A stretch of DNA of 64,000 nucleotides from Eledone cirrhosa (GCA_964016885.1 OZ024764.1:26598001-26662000); one strand, 5' to 3'. Counted from the stretch's first letter, positions 1-12,173 are shown. The notes: generated by a model not told the origin, from the sequence alone. Translations and numbers: made by a program.

Positions 1-385
1 AAATTCTTCACAATTAAAAGAAAAATATTTCTAACACGTTTCTAGACAACACCAAGTTTACACCTTCAATATCCGGTAAAAGTAAAAACATATTCTGGAG
101 ACATTTAACGAAACGAAACTATGTAAAGAAAAACGAAAATTAAACGAAGACAAATAGTAAATTTTAATTTTTATTAAATAAAATACCAGTAATACACTGC
201 AGTAGATTTAATCAACTTTACTCTCTCTGCACGAAAGAAGAAAAAAATTCCTGACTTAGTGCTTAATATATAGAGAGGGGGAGAGTTTGGTGTTACTTCA
301 TATAGAGAGGGGTATTGGAAGAGAGTGCCGTGTAGTAGATATAGAGAGGGAGAGAGTGTGTGCTAATTGATATAAAGAGGGGGAT
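1..385. repeat. Segment duplicated at 40133-40516 (start of macro-repeat copy A)
   Basis: aaattc(t/g)tcacaattaaaagaaaaatatttc...gatataaagaggggga is near-identical at 1-385 and 40133-40516. Confidence 0.95.
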
Positions 386-503
386 TTGCACCCCCCCCCC
401 CGCCTAGAAAAATTCTGAAATGCTTCGACCTCCCTGTACATATATATATATATATAGTATACACACACAGACATATATATAGTAAATAAATGTGTGTGTG
501 TAT

Positions 504-686
504 CAGTGGTCCCCAAACTTTTCTGTTCCACACCCCTCCTCTAAAATATGTTTATGTTCCCCTTTAATATAAAAACAATCCGAGTATTCTGAAAGTATTA
601 TTACTGTAATATAAAGTAGAAACCCTTTATTTAAACAAAGCTACGATGCAGCGATGATCAAAACAAACTTCTCGTAGGTGCTGCCA
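504..686 (+). mobile_element. hAT(Charlie)-like terminus; outer arm fragment of the foldback element family
   Basis: Starts CAGTGGTCCCCAAACTTTT, typical of hAT-Charlie TIRs. Homologous to 41600-41810 and reverse-complementary to ~3143-3290. Confidence 0.6.
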
Positions 687-1154
687 AGCGGGGAAAAGTG
701 GATGTATAATGATGATGATATATATATATATGCCCCACCCTTGCAAACAGGGAAAAGCAGACGTAAAATGAAAATGATGATATATATATAGATAGATAGA
801 TATGTATATATATATATTTATACTTATACGTCATGGTGGCTACAGGTGCCAAGAGGAAGAAGCCGGTCAAATCCTCTGATATTTGTTTATCTTCCTTTCC
901 TTTGTATATATATATATAGTATGTGTGTGTGTATGAAGATGTATGACCCCTAGCAAGCCAAACTACAGTTACTCCCCAACATGGAGAGCAAATTAAAACA
1001 TTACCTGTTAGAGACGAACGTGAAATGATTTGTTAGTGAACTACCGGTGTCACAGTAATTATGTTACCGGTGTAACTATTTCTGTTTACCTTATTTTTAA
1101 ATGACACTCCTATATTAGTTTAGTGACCTTTCAATTCAAATAAATTCTTGATGA

Positions 1155-1563
1155 TGATTGAACTCGCATCGGAGTAGCCCAACGCCTTGGCCTCCGCGTG
1201 TGTGAGCCACATAAATGCTCTCAACGACATAGTGAGAAGAAGCCTGGACGCAGCTGAATTTCCATCTCAACTGGAGTCAGCAGGCTTAGGCCGCGGAGAT
1301 GGCAAGCACCCCGAGGGAATCACCCTCTTCCCATTCGAAGGAGGTAGATCCACAAACCCCAGCATCGCTGCCCGTCTCGCAGATGAACATAAAATAAACA
1401 AATTCCGGTGTTTGTCCTGGAGCCTCTTCTAAGCACCAGCCGCCGTCGAGACCCCGGGCCAACTTGGACCCATTACAGCCGAGCTCCTCCGCAACATCGC
1501 AGTGTCTGTGGCCCGTCTGAGGATGGAGTCCCACGAGATTGGATGCCTGTTGCAGCAGGTGTT
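1155..1563 (+). pseudogene. Decayed non-LTR retrotransposon fragment, CRE-type C-terminal restriction-like endonuclease (RLE) region
   Basis: Translation across frames gives RIGVAQRLGLRVCEP, then NALNDIVRRSLDAAEFPSQLESAGLGRGDGKHPEGITLFPFEGGRS (cf. HxxLNDII..EPxGLxRxDGKRPDGxT), then after a stop PAAVETPGQLGP. Stops, frameshift and deletions present. Confidence 0.8.
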
Positions 1564-1688
1564 ACTGTCCTTACATATATATACGTAAATGTTCCCTTGA
1601 CTGCTATTTCTAGCATATATTAATAGACACTTTAGAAACAGCAGCTAAAAATCAAGAAACAACAGTGTGTGTCTGTATATATATACAC

Positions 1689-1763
<75 letters not shown>

Positions 1764-1842
1764 AGCCAAAGACACGCACACACGAACATACACATACACA
1801 CAGGTGTATGTCTGCGTGTATGTATATATATGTGTGTGTCTT

Positions 1843-1900
<58 letters not shown>
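1563..1900. repeat. Foldback-family fragment plus (GA)n, (CT)n and (TA)n microsatellites
   Basis: tgactgctatttctagc...tagaaacagcagc (1598-1645) matches the inner-arm hairpin at 2461-2504. (GA)n at ~1689-1761, (CT)n(TA)n at ~1849-1900. Confidence 0.75.
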
Positions 1901-1904
<4 letters not shown>

Positions 1905-1928
1905 GTCAGTGATCCCCCTCGCAACCTT

Positions 1929-3290
1929 TAATTAAACAAACCTGCGATGAGGCGATGATCAAAATAAACACCAAAGTATAAACAAACAGCCCATAGGTGC
2001 TGCCGGATACACGATAACATGTGTAGACGAAGTAAAACTTTTATTACTGTAATATAAAGTAGAAACCCTTTATTTAAACAAAGCTGCGATGCAGCGATGA
2101 TCAAAACAAACTTCAAATAACATGTGTATACGAAGTGTATCTCGAAGCTTGGTCGTATTATATGACTTTCAAATTGACCCCTATTATATTCAAATTATCC
2201 CCTGTGGGGCGTGCACCCCACGTTGAGAATCCCTCATAAATAAATATATGTGAGTGTGTTGCTATGACTGCTATTTCTAGCAGGTTTACTGCAGTCCTGT
2301 AGACGCACAACAAAAACCGGAAGTGGCAGCCATTAAAAAACTTTGGCTTAAAATCAGGCAAAAGTTTTTTAACAATTTGCCAAGAAAGATAACTCTTGTC
2401 TTACTTAATCGCAAAAATCGAGGCAAAAATTTTGTGGGTGTACAGTTTGTTTGGTGTATTTGACTGCTATTTCTAGCATGTATGGACACTTTAGAAATAG
2501 CAGCGAAAAACGGAAAACAGCAGAAAGAAGGACACACACCTATATATATATATATATATACCAGCTATACACTCACCCATACATATATATATATACCAGC
2601 TATACACACACCCATATCTACGTATAGGTGTGTGTGCGCGCGTGTATGTATATATAAATATATATATTTAAATGTATATATCTGTGCATATATATATGTA
2701 TATATATATACGTGTGTGTCCTTCTTTCTTATGTTTCCCGTGTTTCGCTGCTATTTCTAAAGTGTCCATATATGCTAGAAATAGCAGTCAAATACACCAA
2801 ACAAACTGCACACCCGCAAAATTTTTTGCCTCGATTTTTGCGATTAAGTAAGACAAGAGTTATCTTTCTTGGCAAATTGTTAAAAAACTTTTGCCTGATT
2901 TTAAGCCAAAGTTTTTTAATGGCTTCCACTTCCGGTTTTTGTTGTGCGTCTACAGGACTGCAGTAAACCTGCTAGAAATAGCAGTCATAGCAACACACTC
3001 ACATATATTTATTTATGAGGGATTCTCAACGTGGGGTGCACGCCCCACAGAGGATAATTTGAATATAATAGGGGTCAATTTGAAAGTCATATAATACGAC
3101 CCAACTCCCTGTTACACTTCGTATACACATGTTATCGTGTATCTGGCAGCACCTGCGAGAAGTTTGTTTACATTTTGGGGTTTGCTTTGATGATCGCTGC
3201 ATCTCAGCCTTGTTTAAATAAAGGGTTTCTACTTTATATTACAGTAATAACACTTTTACAAGACTCGGATTGTTTTTATATTAAAGGGGG
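1929..3290. mobile_element. Foldback/MITE-like long inverted repeat P (arms ~2030-2540 and 2712-3290, TA-rich spacer)
   Basis: Arms are near-perfect reverse complements. The mirrored spurious ORFs 2158-2361(-) and 2891-3094(+) are almost identical. Confidence 0.9.
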
Positions 3291-3930
3291 AGATGTTTTT
3301 TAAACTCTGAACTCAGCATCTTTCTGTTGTTCTCCGGGATTCTAGCAAAGTATAAAAAAAAATATATATATATAGATATATATATATATATCTGGCAGTC
3401 AACCTCAGACTCGAAAAAGCCGCCGCTAATCGTGATCGTTGGGGTTATAATTCGACTAAAGTGCTTCCACTGGGCACCATTAGCTGGTTGTGATCATTGG
3501 AGAATTCTTTCTGCGCTGAAAGAGCCTAGGACTAAAAGATATATATATAGATGTCGAAACGGCAGTAGCACAGCCGTTGGGGTCCTGAATATTTTCACAT
3601 CTATATATGTGTGTGTATTCTGCGACATTTATAATTACATAAGCAAGCATATTTGAATAACAAAATTTGAGGTTTAAATACTTTATTTTTTACCAATAAC
3701 ATAGAGAAAGGCATGAACAACACCACATGTTAATTACTTTAATATTGAAAGTAGGCTTATAAATATTAAAAAAGCAGATGTTTGTATCTTTCATGGTGGT
3801 CTGGTGGGTGATACCAGAGATCGTGGTAGTCATGGTTTCGGTTTCAATCCTGGTCATGGGTTACATATAAGGTCTCATTTTTCTTTCTTTCAATTTTCTT
3901 CTTATCTCTAGATATAAATATATATACATA

Positions 3931-4038
3931 AGGTAATTTGGTAGAATTGTTAGAACATCAGATAGAATTCTTTGCAGTATTTTTCCAGTTCTTTACTCTG
4001 AGTTCAACTTTACCTTTCTTCCATTCGGTGTCGATAAG
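3931..4038 (+). mobile_element. Degenerate tRNA-derived SINE (also ~6640, ~9343, ~44039)
   Basis: tggtagaattgttag (A-box-like)...ctgagttcaa (B-box-like)...ctttacctttcttccattcggtgtcgataa, a diverged version of the SINE core seen at 12174-12339. Confidence 0.6.
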
Positions 4039-4735
4039 TCTTGAATATGTCTAACGTAGCAATAACTGGAGCTACTTAACCAAGTTTTCCCAACCTAGTC
4101 GATGTCACCTACTGGTTGGCGATTTAAACTGTTGGCTGGGACAATGACCAACTAATCAGTCAGATTCCAACTCACTATGTCTGGCATATATTTTATATTT
4201 TATATTTGAATGAAGTTCTGTAAGTAACCTGGTGGCTTAGATGGCAATACTGCTCGAATAGATGGCTTCTATTATGAAGTTATAAGTTCATTCCCTATCC
4301 AGGATTGTAGAATTAATTTTATTTAGTTATTATTTAATCAATTGTTTTAACAAACAAATTATATCTATAAAACGCCAAATATAGTGAGTTCAAATCTGAC
4401 TGACATGCATGGTATATATTTATGTTTCATTATACAGCGACACAATACACAGGAACTTATAAAGATATGTATATATTGTCCAGGAGTTTCGAGTTTAGTG
4501 GGAATTGGTACAACTCTCAATTGGAGCTAGTCCCTGCAAGATCAGCATAAATAATGTTATACCTTTTCATGAAATCTTGCACACCCGATATTTTATACAT
4601 GATTATTTAAAGGTGAACAAAAACCAAAGAACATTGTGCAGCATTTCTCAACCTTTCTACCCATGTCGATCTCTTGAAATAGTTTTTATGTCTCAGGGAA
4701 GCCCTGCATAAAATATACTTTTTCTATCTCTAGAG

Positions 4736-4790
4736 CAGTGGTTCCCAAATCGTGTGCTGCGAGATGAAACAAGATGAGCTGCAAAAGACT
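4736..4790 (+). mobile_element. hAT(Charlie)-like 5' terminus (repeated at ~7444, ~10150, ~44844)
   Basis: CAGTGGTTCCCAAA directly preceded by CTCTAGAG, matching the NTCTAGAN target preference of Charlie-type hAT elements. The right boundary is approximate. Confidence 0.6.
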
Positions 4791-5322
4791 AAGATTAAGT
4801 TTTAAGATGTGAAAAATATAAAACTGAAATTTCATATAAAAGTTCAAATATAGCTACAGCCACAAACCTAGGCTCCACACCCCGCAATGCAGAGGATAGT
4901 AAGATAGTACCAAGGCCTGACTCACCTCTTCCACTCCATTGAGACCTCTGCCATACTTGGTCCCTGTACTGCTGATTTCCTCCATAAAGTCGGGAGGAAA
5001 GACAACAGGAGCCTCATGAGGAGGGGCAACTATTGTAGCAGGTGTCTCTGGCCTTGTTCCGAGGTAATGCTTTTACGTTTCTTCCACAGGTTGCGGCTGA
5101 GGGACCACTTAGACTGGGGTGAAGTGTCTGTCCCTCCCCCGACTTCTTACTTCTTTTTTTTCTCATTTTCATTTTCTTTTCTCTTCTTGCTTATCTCTGC
5201 TATACCACGGCATCAAAAACATATATAATATGTGTATGTATGGTATAGGTGTATTTATATTTAGGATAGTTATCAAAGGTAAATAGACTGGTTGGAGCAA
5301 TAACAGTCTTGTTTATGTATAT

Positions 5323-5383
<61 letters not shown>

Positions 5384-5484
5384 TGTTCTTGTATTTCCAT
5401 AGAAAAGGTAAAGAAAAGAAGAATGCTATATATATTGTACAGAGCTATTTAATTACATAATAAACAACAGAATATAATTATTCC

Positions 5485-5736
5485 ATGCAAATAGACTTAG
5501 ACTGGAAAACATTCAGACAGAGAAGAATGGATAATGAGCGTCGTAAGAGAAATTGCCAACAATTAATATTAATGGAAATGTAGAAGAATTTCATATTAGT
5601 GATATGAATGTTTCGTGTGATCACTGTGGAGCTTTGAAATTTAGAAATGAAAATTGTAACTGTTGTAATAAAGGAAAGGTTATGTTGCCACCATTGCAAA
5701 TATACCCTGAGAGACTGAGAAATCTCTTTGAAAGAG
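5485..5736 (+). pseudogene. Helitron Rep/helicase N-terminal fragment, truncated by a snap-back palindrome
   Basis: MNVSCDHCGALKFRNENCNCCNKGKVMLPPL matches the Helitron N-terminal Zn-finger-like motif (CxHCxALxFxxE..CCxxGKVxLP). Confidence 0.85.
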
Positions 5737-5760
5737 ATTTCTCAGTCTCTCAGGGTATAT
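5700..5760. repeat. Perfect palindrome, 30-bp arms with a 1-nt centre
   Basis: atataccctgagagactgagaaatctcttt-g-aaagagatttctcagtctctcagggtatat. Confidence 0.97.
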
Positions 5761-6557
5761 ATTCCCGCCGGTGAAATAAAAATTTTAATAGAAAAACGCC
5801 GGGAATATATGTTACAACCCAACCTACATATTTTTGGGTTGTAACATATATTCCCGCCGTTGAAATAAATATTTTAATAGAAAAACGGCGGGAATATATG
5901 TTACAACCCAATCTATATATATTTGAGTTGTAACATATATTCCCGCCGTTGAAATAAAAATTTTAATAGAAAAACGGCGGGAATATATGTTACAACGCAA
6001 TCTATATATATTTGGGTTGTAACATATATTCCCGCCGTTGAAATAAAAATTTTAATAGAAAAACGGCGGGAATATATGTTACAACCCAACCTATATATGT
6101 TTGGGTTGTAATATATATTCCCGCCGTTTTTCTGTTAAAATTTTTATTTCAACGGCGGGAATATATGTTACAACCCAAATATATGTAGATTGTGTTGTAA
6201 CATATATTCCCGCCGTTTTTCTATTAAAATTTTTATTTCGACGGCGGGAATATATGTTACAACCCAAATATATATAGATTGCGTTGTAACATATATTCCC
6301 GCCGTTTTTCTATTAAAATTTTTATTTCAACGGCGGGAATATATGTTACAACCCAAATATATGTAGATTGGATTGTAACATATATTCCCGCCGTTTTTCT
6401 ATTAAAATTTTTATTTCAACGGCGGGAATATATGTTACAACTCAAATATATATAGATTGGGTTGTAACATATATTCCCGCCGTTTTTCTATTAAAATTTT
6501 TATTTCACCGGCGGGAATATGTTACAACCCAAATATATATATATTGAGTTGTAACAT
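5759..6557. repeat. Array of nine 89-bp double-hairpin units, 4 forward then 5 inverted
   Basis: ttcccgccg recurs at 5762, 5851, 5940, 6029, 6118 and onward (period 89). Loop gaaataaaaattttaatagaaa flips to tttctattaaaatttttatttc after ~6095. Confidence 0.95.
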
Positions 6558-8031
6558 CGGTTACATATAAGGTCTCATTTTTTTTCTTTTCTTTCTTTCA
6601 GTTTTCTTCTTATCTCTAGATATAAATATATACACATGAGGTAACTTGGTAGAATTGTTAGAACATCAGATAGAATTCTTTGCAGTATTTTTCCAGTTCT
6701 TTACTCTGAGTTCAACTTTACCTTTCTTCCATTCAGTGTCGATAAGTCTTGGATATGTCTAACGTAGCAATAACTGGAGCTACTTAACCAAGTTTTCCCA
6801 ACCTAGTCGATGTCACCTACTGGTTGGCGATTTAAACTGTTGGCTGGGACAATGACCAACTAATCAGTCAGATTCGAACTCACTATGTCTGGCATATATT
6901 TTATATTTTATATTTGAATGAAGTTCTGTAAGTAACCTGGTGGCTTAGATGGCAATACTGCTCGAATAGATGGCTTCTATTATGCAGTTATAAGTTCATT
7001 CCCTATCCAGGATTGTAGAATTAATTTTATTTAGTTATTATTTAATCAATTGTTTTAACAAACAAATTATATCTATAAAACGCCAAATATAGTGAGTTCA
7101 AATCTGACTGACATGCATGGTATATATTTATGTTTCATTATACAGCGACACAATACACAGGAACTTATAAAGATATGTATATATTGTCCAGGAGTTTCGA
7201 GTTTAGTGGGAATTGGTACAACTCTCAATTGGAGCTAGTCCCTGCAAGATCAGCATAAATAATGTTATACCTTTTCATGAAATCTTGCACACCCGATATT
7301 TTATACATGATTATTTAAAGGTGAACAAAAACCAAAGAACATTGTGCAGCATTTCTCAACCTTTCTACCCATGTCGATCTCTTGAAATAGTTTTTATGTC
7401 TCAGGGAAGCCCTGCATAAAATATACTTTTTCTATCTCTAGAGCAGTGGTTCCCAAATCGTGTGCTGCGAGATGAAACAAGATGAGCTGCAAAAGACTAA
7501 GATTAAGTTTTAAGATGTGAAAAATATAAAACTGAAATTTCATATAAAAGTTCAAATATAGCTACAGCCACAAACCTAGGCTCCACACCCCGCAATGCAA
7601 AGGATAGTAAGATAGTACCAAGGCCTGACTCACCTCTTCCACTCCATTGAGACCTCTGCCATACTTGGTCCCTGTACTGCTGATTTCCTCCATAAAGTCG
7701 GGAGGAAAGACAACAGGAGCCTCATGAGGAGGGGCGACTATTGTAGCAGGTGTCTCTGGCCTTGCTCCGAGGTAACGCTTTTACGTTTCTTCCACAGGTT
7801 GCGGCTGAGGGACTACTTAGACTGGGGTGAAGTGTCTGTCCCTCCCCCGACTTCTTACTTCTTTTTTTTTCTCATTTTCATTTTCTTTTCTCTTCTTGCT
7901 TATCTCTGCTATACCACGGCATCAAAAACATATATAATATGTGTATGTATGGTATAGGTGTATTTATATTTAGGATAGTTATCAAAGGTAAATAGACTGG
8001 TTGGAGCAATAACAGTCTTGTTTATGTATAT

Positions 8032-8078
<47 letters not shown>

Positions 8079-8189
8079 TATATATGTTTGTTCTTGTATT
8101 TCCATAGAAAAGGTAACGAAAAGAAGAATGCTATATATATTGTACAGAGCTATTTAATTACATAATAAACAACAGAATATAATTATTCC

Positions 8190-8441
8190 ATGCAAATAGA
8201 CTTAGACTGGAAAACATTCAGACAGAGAAGAATGGATAATGAGCGTCGTAAGAGAAATTGCCAACAATTAATATTAATGGAAATGTAGAAGGATTTCATA
8301 TTAGTGATATGAATGTTTCGTGTGATCACTGTAGAGCTTTGAAATTTAGAAATGAAAATTGTAACTGTTGTAATAAAGGAAAGGTTATGTTGCCACCATT
8401 GCAAATATACCCTGAGAGACTGAGAAATCTCTTTGAAAGAG
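8190..8441 (+). pseudogene. Helitron N-terminal fragment, second 2.7-kb unit
   Basis: Same motif as 5485-5736 (ORF 8258-8479), followed by the same palindrome at 8405-8465. Confidence 0.85.
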
Positions 8442-8463
8442 ATTTCTCAGTCTCTCAGGGTAT

Positions 8464-9262
8464 ATATTCCCGCCGGTGAAATAAAAATTTTAATAGAAAA
8501 ACGGCGGGAATATATGTTACAACCCAACCTACATATTTTTGGGCTGTAACATATATTCCCGCCGTTGAAATAAATATTTTAATAGAAAAACGGCGGGAAT
8601 ATATGTTTCAACCCAATCTATATATATTTGAGTTGTAACATATATTCCCGCCGTTGAAATAAAAATTTTAATAGAAAAACGGCGGGAATATATGTTACAA
8701 CGCAATCTATATATATTTGGGTTGTAACATATATTCCCGCCGTTGAAATAAAAATTTTAATAGAAAAACGGCGGGAATATATGTTACAACCCAACCTACA
8801 TATGTTTGGGTTGTAATATATATTCCCGCCGTTTTTCTGTTAAAATTTTTATTTCAACGGCGGGAATATATGTTACAACCCAAATATATGTAGATTGGGT
8901 TGTAACATATATTCCCGCCGTTTTTCTATTAAAATTTTTATTTCGACGGCGGGAATATATGTTACAACCCAAATATATATAGATTGCGTTGTAACATATA
9001 TTCCCGCCGTTTTTCTATTAAAATTTTTATTTCAACGGCGGGAATATATGTTACAACCCAAATATATGTACATTGGATTGTAACATATATTCCCGCCGTT
9101 TTTCTATTCAAATTTTTATTTCAACGGCGGGAATATATGTTACAACTCAAATATATATAGATTGGGTTGTAACATATATTCCCGCCGTTTTTCTATTAAA
9201 ATTTTTATTTCACCGGCGGGAATATGTTACAACCCAAATATATATATATTGAGTTGTAACAT
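8464..9262. repeat. Second copy of the 89-bp double-hairpin array
   Basis: Near-identical to 5759-6557 at offset 2705. Confidence 0.95.
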
Positions 9263-10875
9263 GGGTTACATATAAGGTCTCATTTTTTTTCTTTTCTTTC
9301 TTTCAGTTTTCTTCTTATCTCTAGATATAAATATATATACATGAGGTAACTTGGTAGAATTGTTAGAACATCAGATAGAATTCTTTGCAGTATTTTTCCA
9401 GTTCTTTACTCTGAGTTCAACTTTACCTTTCTTCCATTCAGTGTCGATAAGTCTTGAATATGTCTAACGTAGCAATAACTGGAGCTACTTAACCAAGTTT
9501 TCCCAACCTAGTCGATGTCACCTACTGGTTGGCGATTTAAACTGTTGGCTGGGACAATGACCAACTAATCAGTCAGATTCGAACTCACTATGTCTGGCAT
9601 ATATTTTATATTTTATATTTGAATGAAGTTCTGTAAGTAACCTGGTGGCTTAGATGGCAATACTGCTCGAATAGATGGCTTCTATTATGCAGTTATAAGT
9701 TCATTCCCTATCCAGGATTGTAGAATTAATTTTATTTAGTTATTATTTAATCAATTGTTTTAACAAACAAATTATATCTATAAAACGCCAAATATAGTGA
9801 GTTCAAATCTGACTGACATGCATGGTATATATTTATGTTTCATTATACAGCGACACAATACACAGGAACTTATAAAGATATGTATATATTGTCCAGGAGT
9901 TTCGAGTTTAGTGGGAATTGGTACAACTCTCAATTGGAGCTAGTCCCTGCAAGATCAGCATAAATAATGTTATACCTTTTCATGAAATCTTGCACACCCG
10001 ATATTTTATACATGATTATTTAAAGGTGAACAAAAACCAAAGAACATTGTGCAGCATTTCTCAACCTTTCTACCCATGTCGATCTCTTGAAATAGTTTTT
10101 ATGTCTCAGGGAAGCCCTGCATAAAATATACTATTTTCTATCTCTAGAGCAGTGGTTCCCGAATCGTGTGCTGCGAGATGAAACAAGATGAGCTGCAAAA
10201 GACTAAGATTAAGTTTTATGATGTGAAAAATGTAAAGCTGAAATTTCATATAAAAGTTCAAATATAGCTACAGCCACAAACCTAGGCTCCACACCCCGCA
10301 ATGCAGAGGATAGTAAGATAGTACCAAGGCCTGACTCACCTCTTCCACTCCATTGAGACCTCTGCCATACTTGGTCCCTGTACTGCTGATTTCCTCCATA
10401 AAGTCGGGAGGAAAGATGACAGGAGCCTCATGAGGAGGGGCGACTATTGTAGCAGGTGTCTCTGGCCTTGCTCCGAGGTAACGCTTTTACGTTTCTTCCA
10501 CAGGTTGCGGCTGAGAGACCACTTAGACTGGGGTGAAGTGTCTGTCCCTCCCCCGACTTCTTACTTCTTTTTTTTTCTCCTTTTCATTTTCTTTTCTCTT
10601 CTTGCTTATCTCTGCTATACCACGGCATCAAAAACATATATGATATATGTATGTATGGTATAGGTGTATTTATATTTAGGATAGTTATCAAAGGTAAATA
10701 GACTGGTTGGAGCAATAACAGTCTTGTTTATGTATATACATATATATATATATTTATATGTTTGTTCTTGTATTTCCATAGAAAAGGTAAAGAAAAGAAT
10801 AGTGCTCTATGTATTGTACAGAGCTATTTAATTACATAATAAACAACAGAATGGAAAACATTCAGACAGAGAAGA

Positions 10876-11593
10876 ATGGATAATGAGCGTTGTAAGAGAA
10901 ATTGGCCAACAATTAATATTAATGGAAATGTAGAAGAATTTCATATTAGTGATATGAATGTTTCGTGTGATCACTGTGGAGCTTTGAAATTTAGAAATGA
11001 AAATTGTAACTGTTGTAATAAAGGAAAGGTTGTGTTGCCACCATTGCAAATATACCCTGAGAGACTGAGAAATCTCTTTGAAAGAGGCCAGGAAGCAGTT
11101 GATTTCACAGAAACATCTGCAATTAAAACTACATTTATTTCACTTCATTTGGTGTTACCACCCGGCAGAGGCCCGTATAGCTTTCATATTCAGGGTCAAA
11201 CATATCACTACACCCCCATCTCTGTAACCTGCAGAAAATACACCACAATATGGCCAGTTATATATTATTGATGGGAACGAAGGTATGTAGCACAGATTGG
11301 AAGTACGTCTAAATAATTGTTTCTAGCACAAGGCCAGCAATTACTGGTACTTTATTCTATCGACCTAATAAGGATGAAAACAAAGTCAACCTTGGAGGGA
11401 TTTGAACCCAGAACGTAAAGGGACATAACCCTATGCTGTAAAGCATGGTGTCTGGCGCTCTACCGATACTGCCAATCCACTGCCCTAGTACCAACAAATA
11501 ATGACTGCTCACCACAAAAAATGGCTATGATAAGAGAAGTGTTGCATGAATGTAATTCATATGTCGAAGTGTACAATACAATGCATGGCATCA
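10876..11593 (+). pseudogene. Helitron 5' fragment interrupted by a SINE
   Basis: Zn-finger-like motif plus PPGRGPYSFHIQGQTYH (cf. GPYxFRIxGQxYH) and YGQLYIIDG. Colinear with 35827-36544 until atgcatggcatca, then diverges. Confidence 0.85.
11318..11485 (-). mobile_element. tRNA-derived SINE (octopus-type, Deu/Nin-like core)
   Basis: Minus strand reads gggcagtggattggcagtatcggtagagcg (A box)...ggttcaaatcc (B box)...gttgactttgttttcatcc...gtcgatagaataaagtaccagt...agaaaca(att). Confidence 0.85.
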
Positions 11594-11597
11594 CAAA

Positions 11598-11638
<41 letters not shown>

Positions 11639-12173
11639 TACTAAAGAGTATGTAAAATTTTAAAATAAATACTTAAATTCAATTTGTATAATTACACATA
11701 CAATATGTTTTGTTGTAAAACCCTAAATAATGATTTAAGAAATGATGTCAATCTCTTTGTACAGAGAAAAACAATTTATATATATGCATTGTGTGCGCGT
11801 GTATACTCCATTTAAGACAGTGAAAAACCTAGTACCTCCTTCAAAGAATGCCAAATAGTTTATGCCTAAGGTGTAACACTAATTAAGTTACCGGTGTAGA
11901 TATTTCAGTTGAACCCTGCTTCAAACATGCATATTATTATTATATATTTTCAAACACACTTACATACATTATATTTATACACATAGAAATAATAAGTTAA
12001 AACTAAAGTATAATGATATAACAACAGTATATAATAGTTTTCTTCACTTTATTGAAATGCAATCGTTTTAAAGAAAAAACATGACAGTATAAGAAATATT
12101 TAATATGATAACATAATATTTCAGGTAGGATGGTCGTTTCTCTATGATGGTGGTTTCTCTTTGAACTAATAAT

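Larger units (their letters stand above)
3858..11086. repeat. Tandem triplication of a ~2.7-kb unit (3858-6557, 6558-9262, partial 9263-11086)
   Basis: ggttacatataaggtctcatt recurs with periods 2700 and 2705. The same ORF recurs at 4505, 7213 and 9918. Only one copy is present in macro-copy B (~43958-45780). Confidence 0.95.

Noticed and set aside
3281-3290. TTAAAGGGG as a Kolobok/piggyBac-type terminus of the foldback
   Set aside because: The motif faces outward and lies inside the arm, which extends to a hAT-like CAGTGG end in 504-686 and 41600 onward.
2158-5228. Recurrent short ORFs (MPDFKPKFF..., MVQLSIGAS..., MRRGDYCS...)
   Set aside because: They recur only because the DNA is duplicated, several use non-ATG starts, and none shows a recognisable domain.
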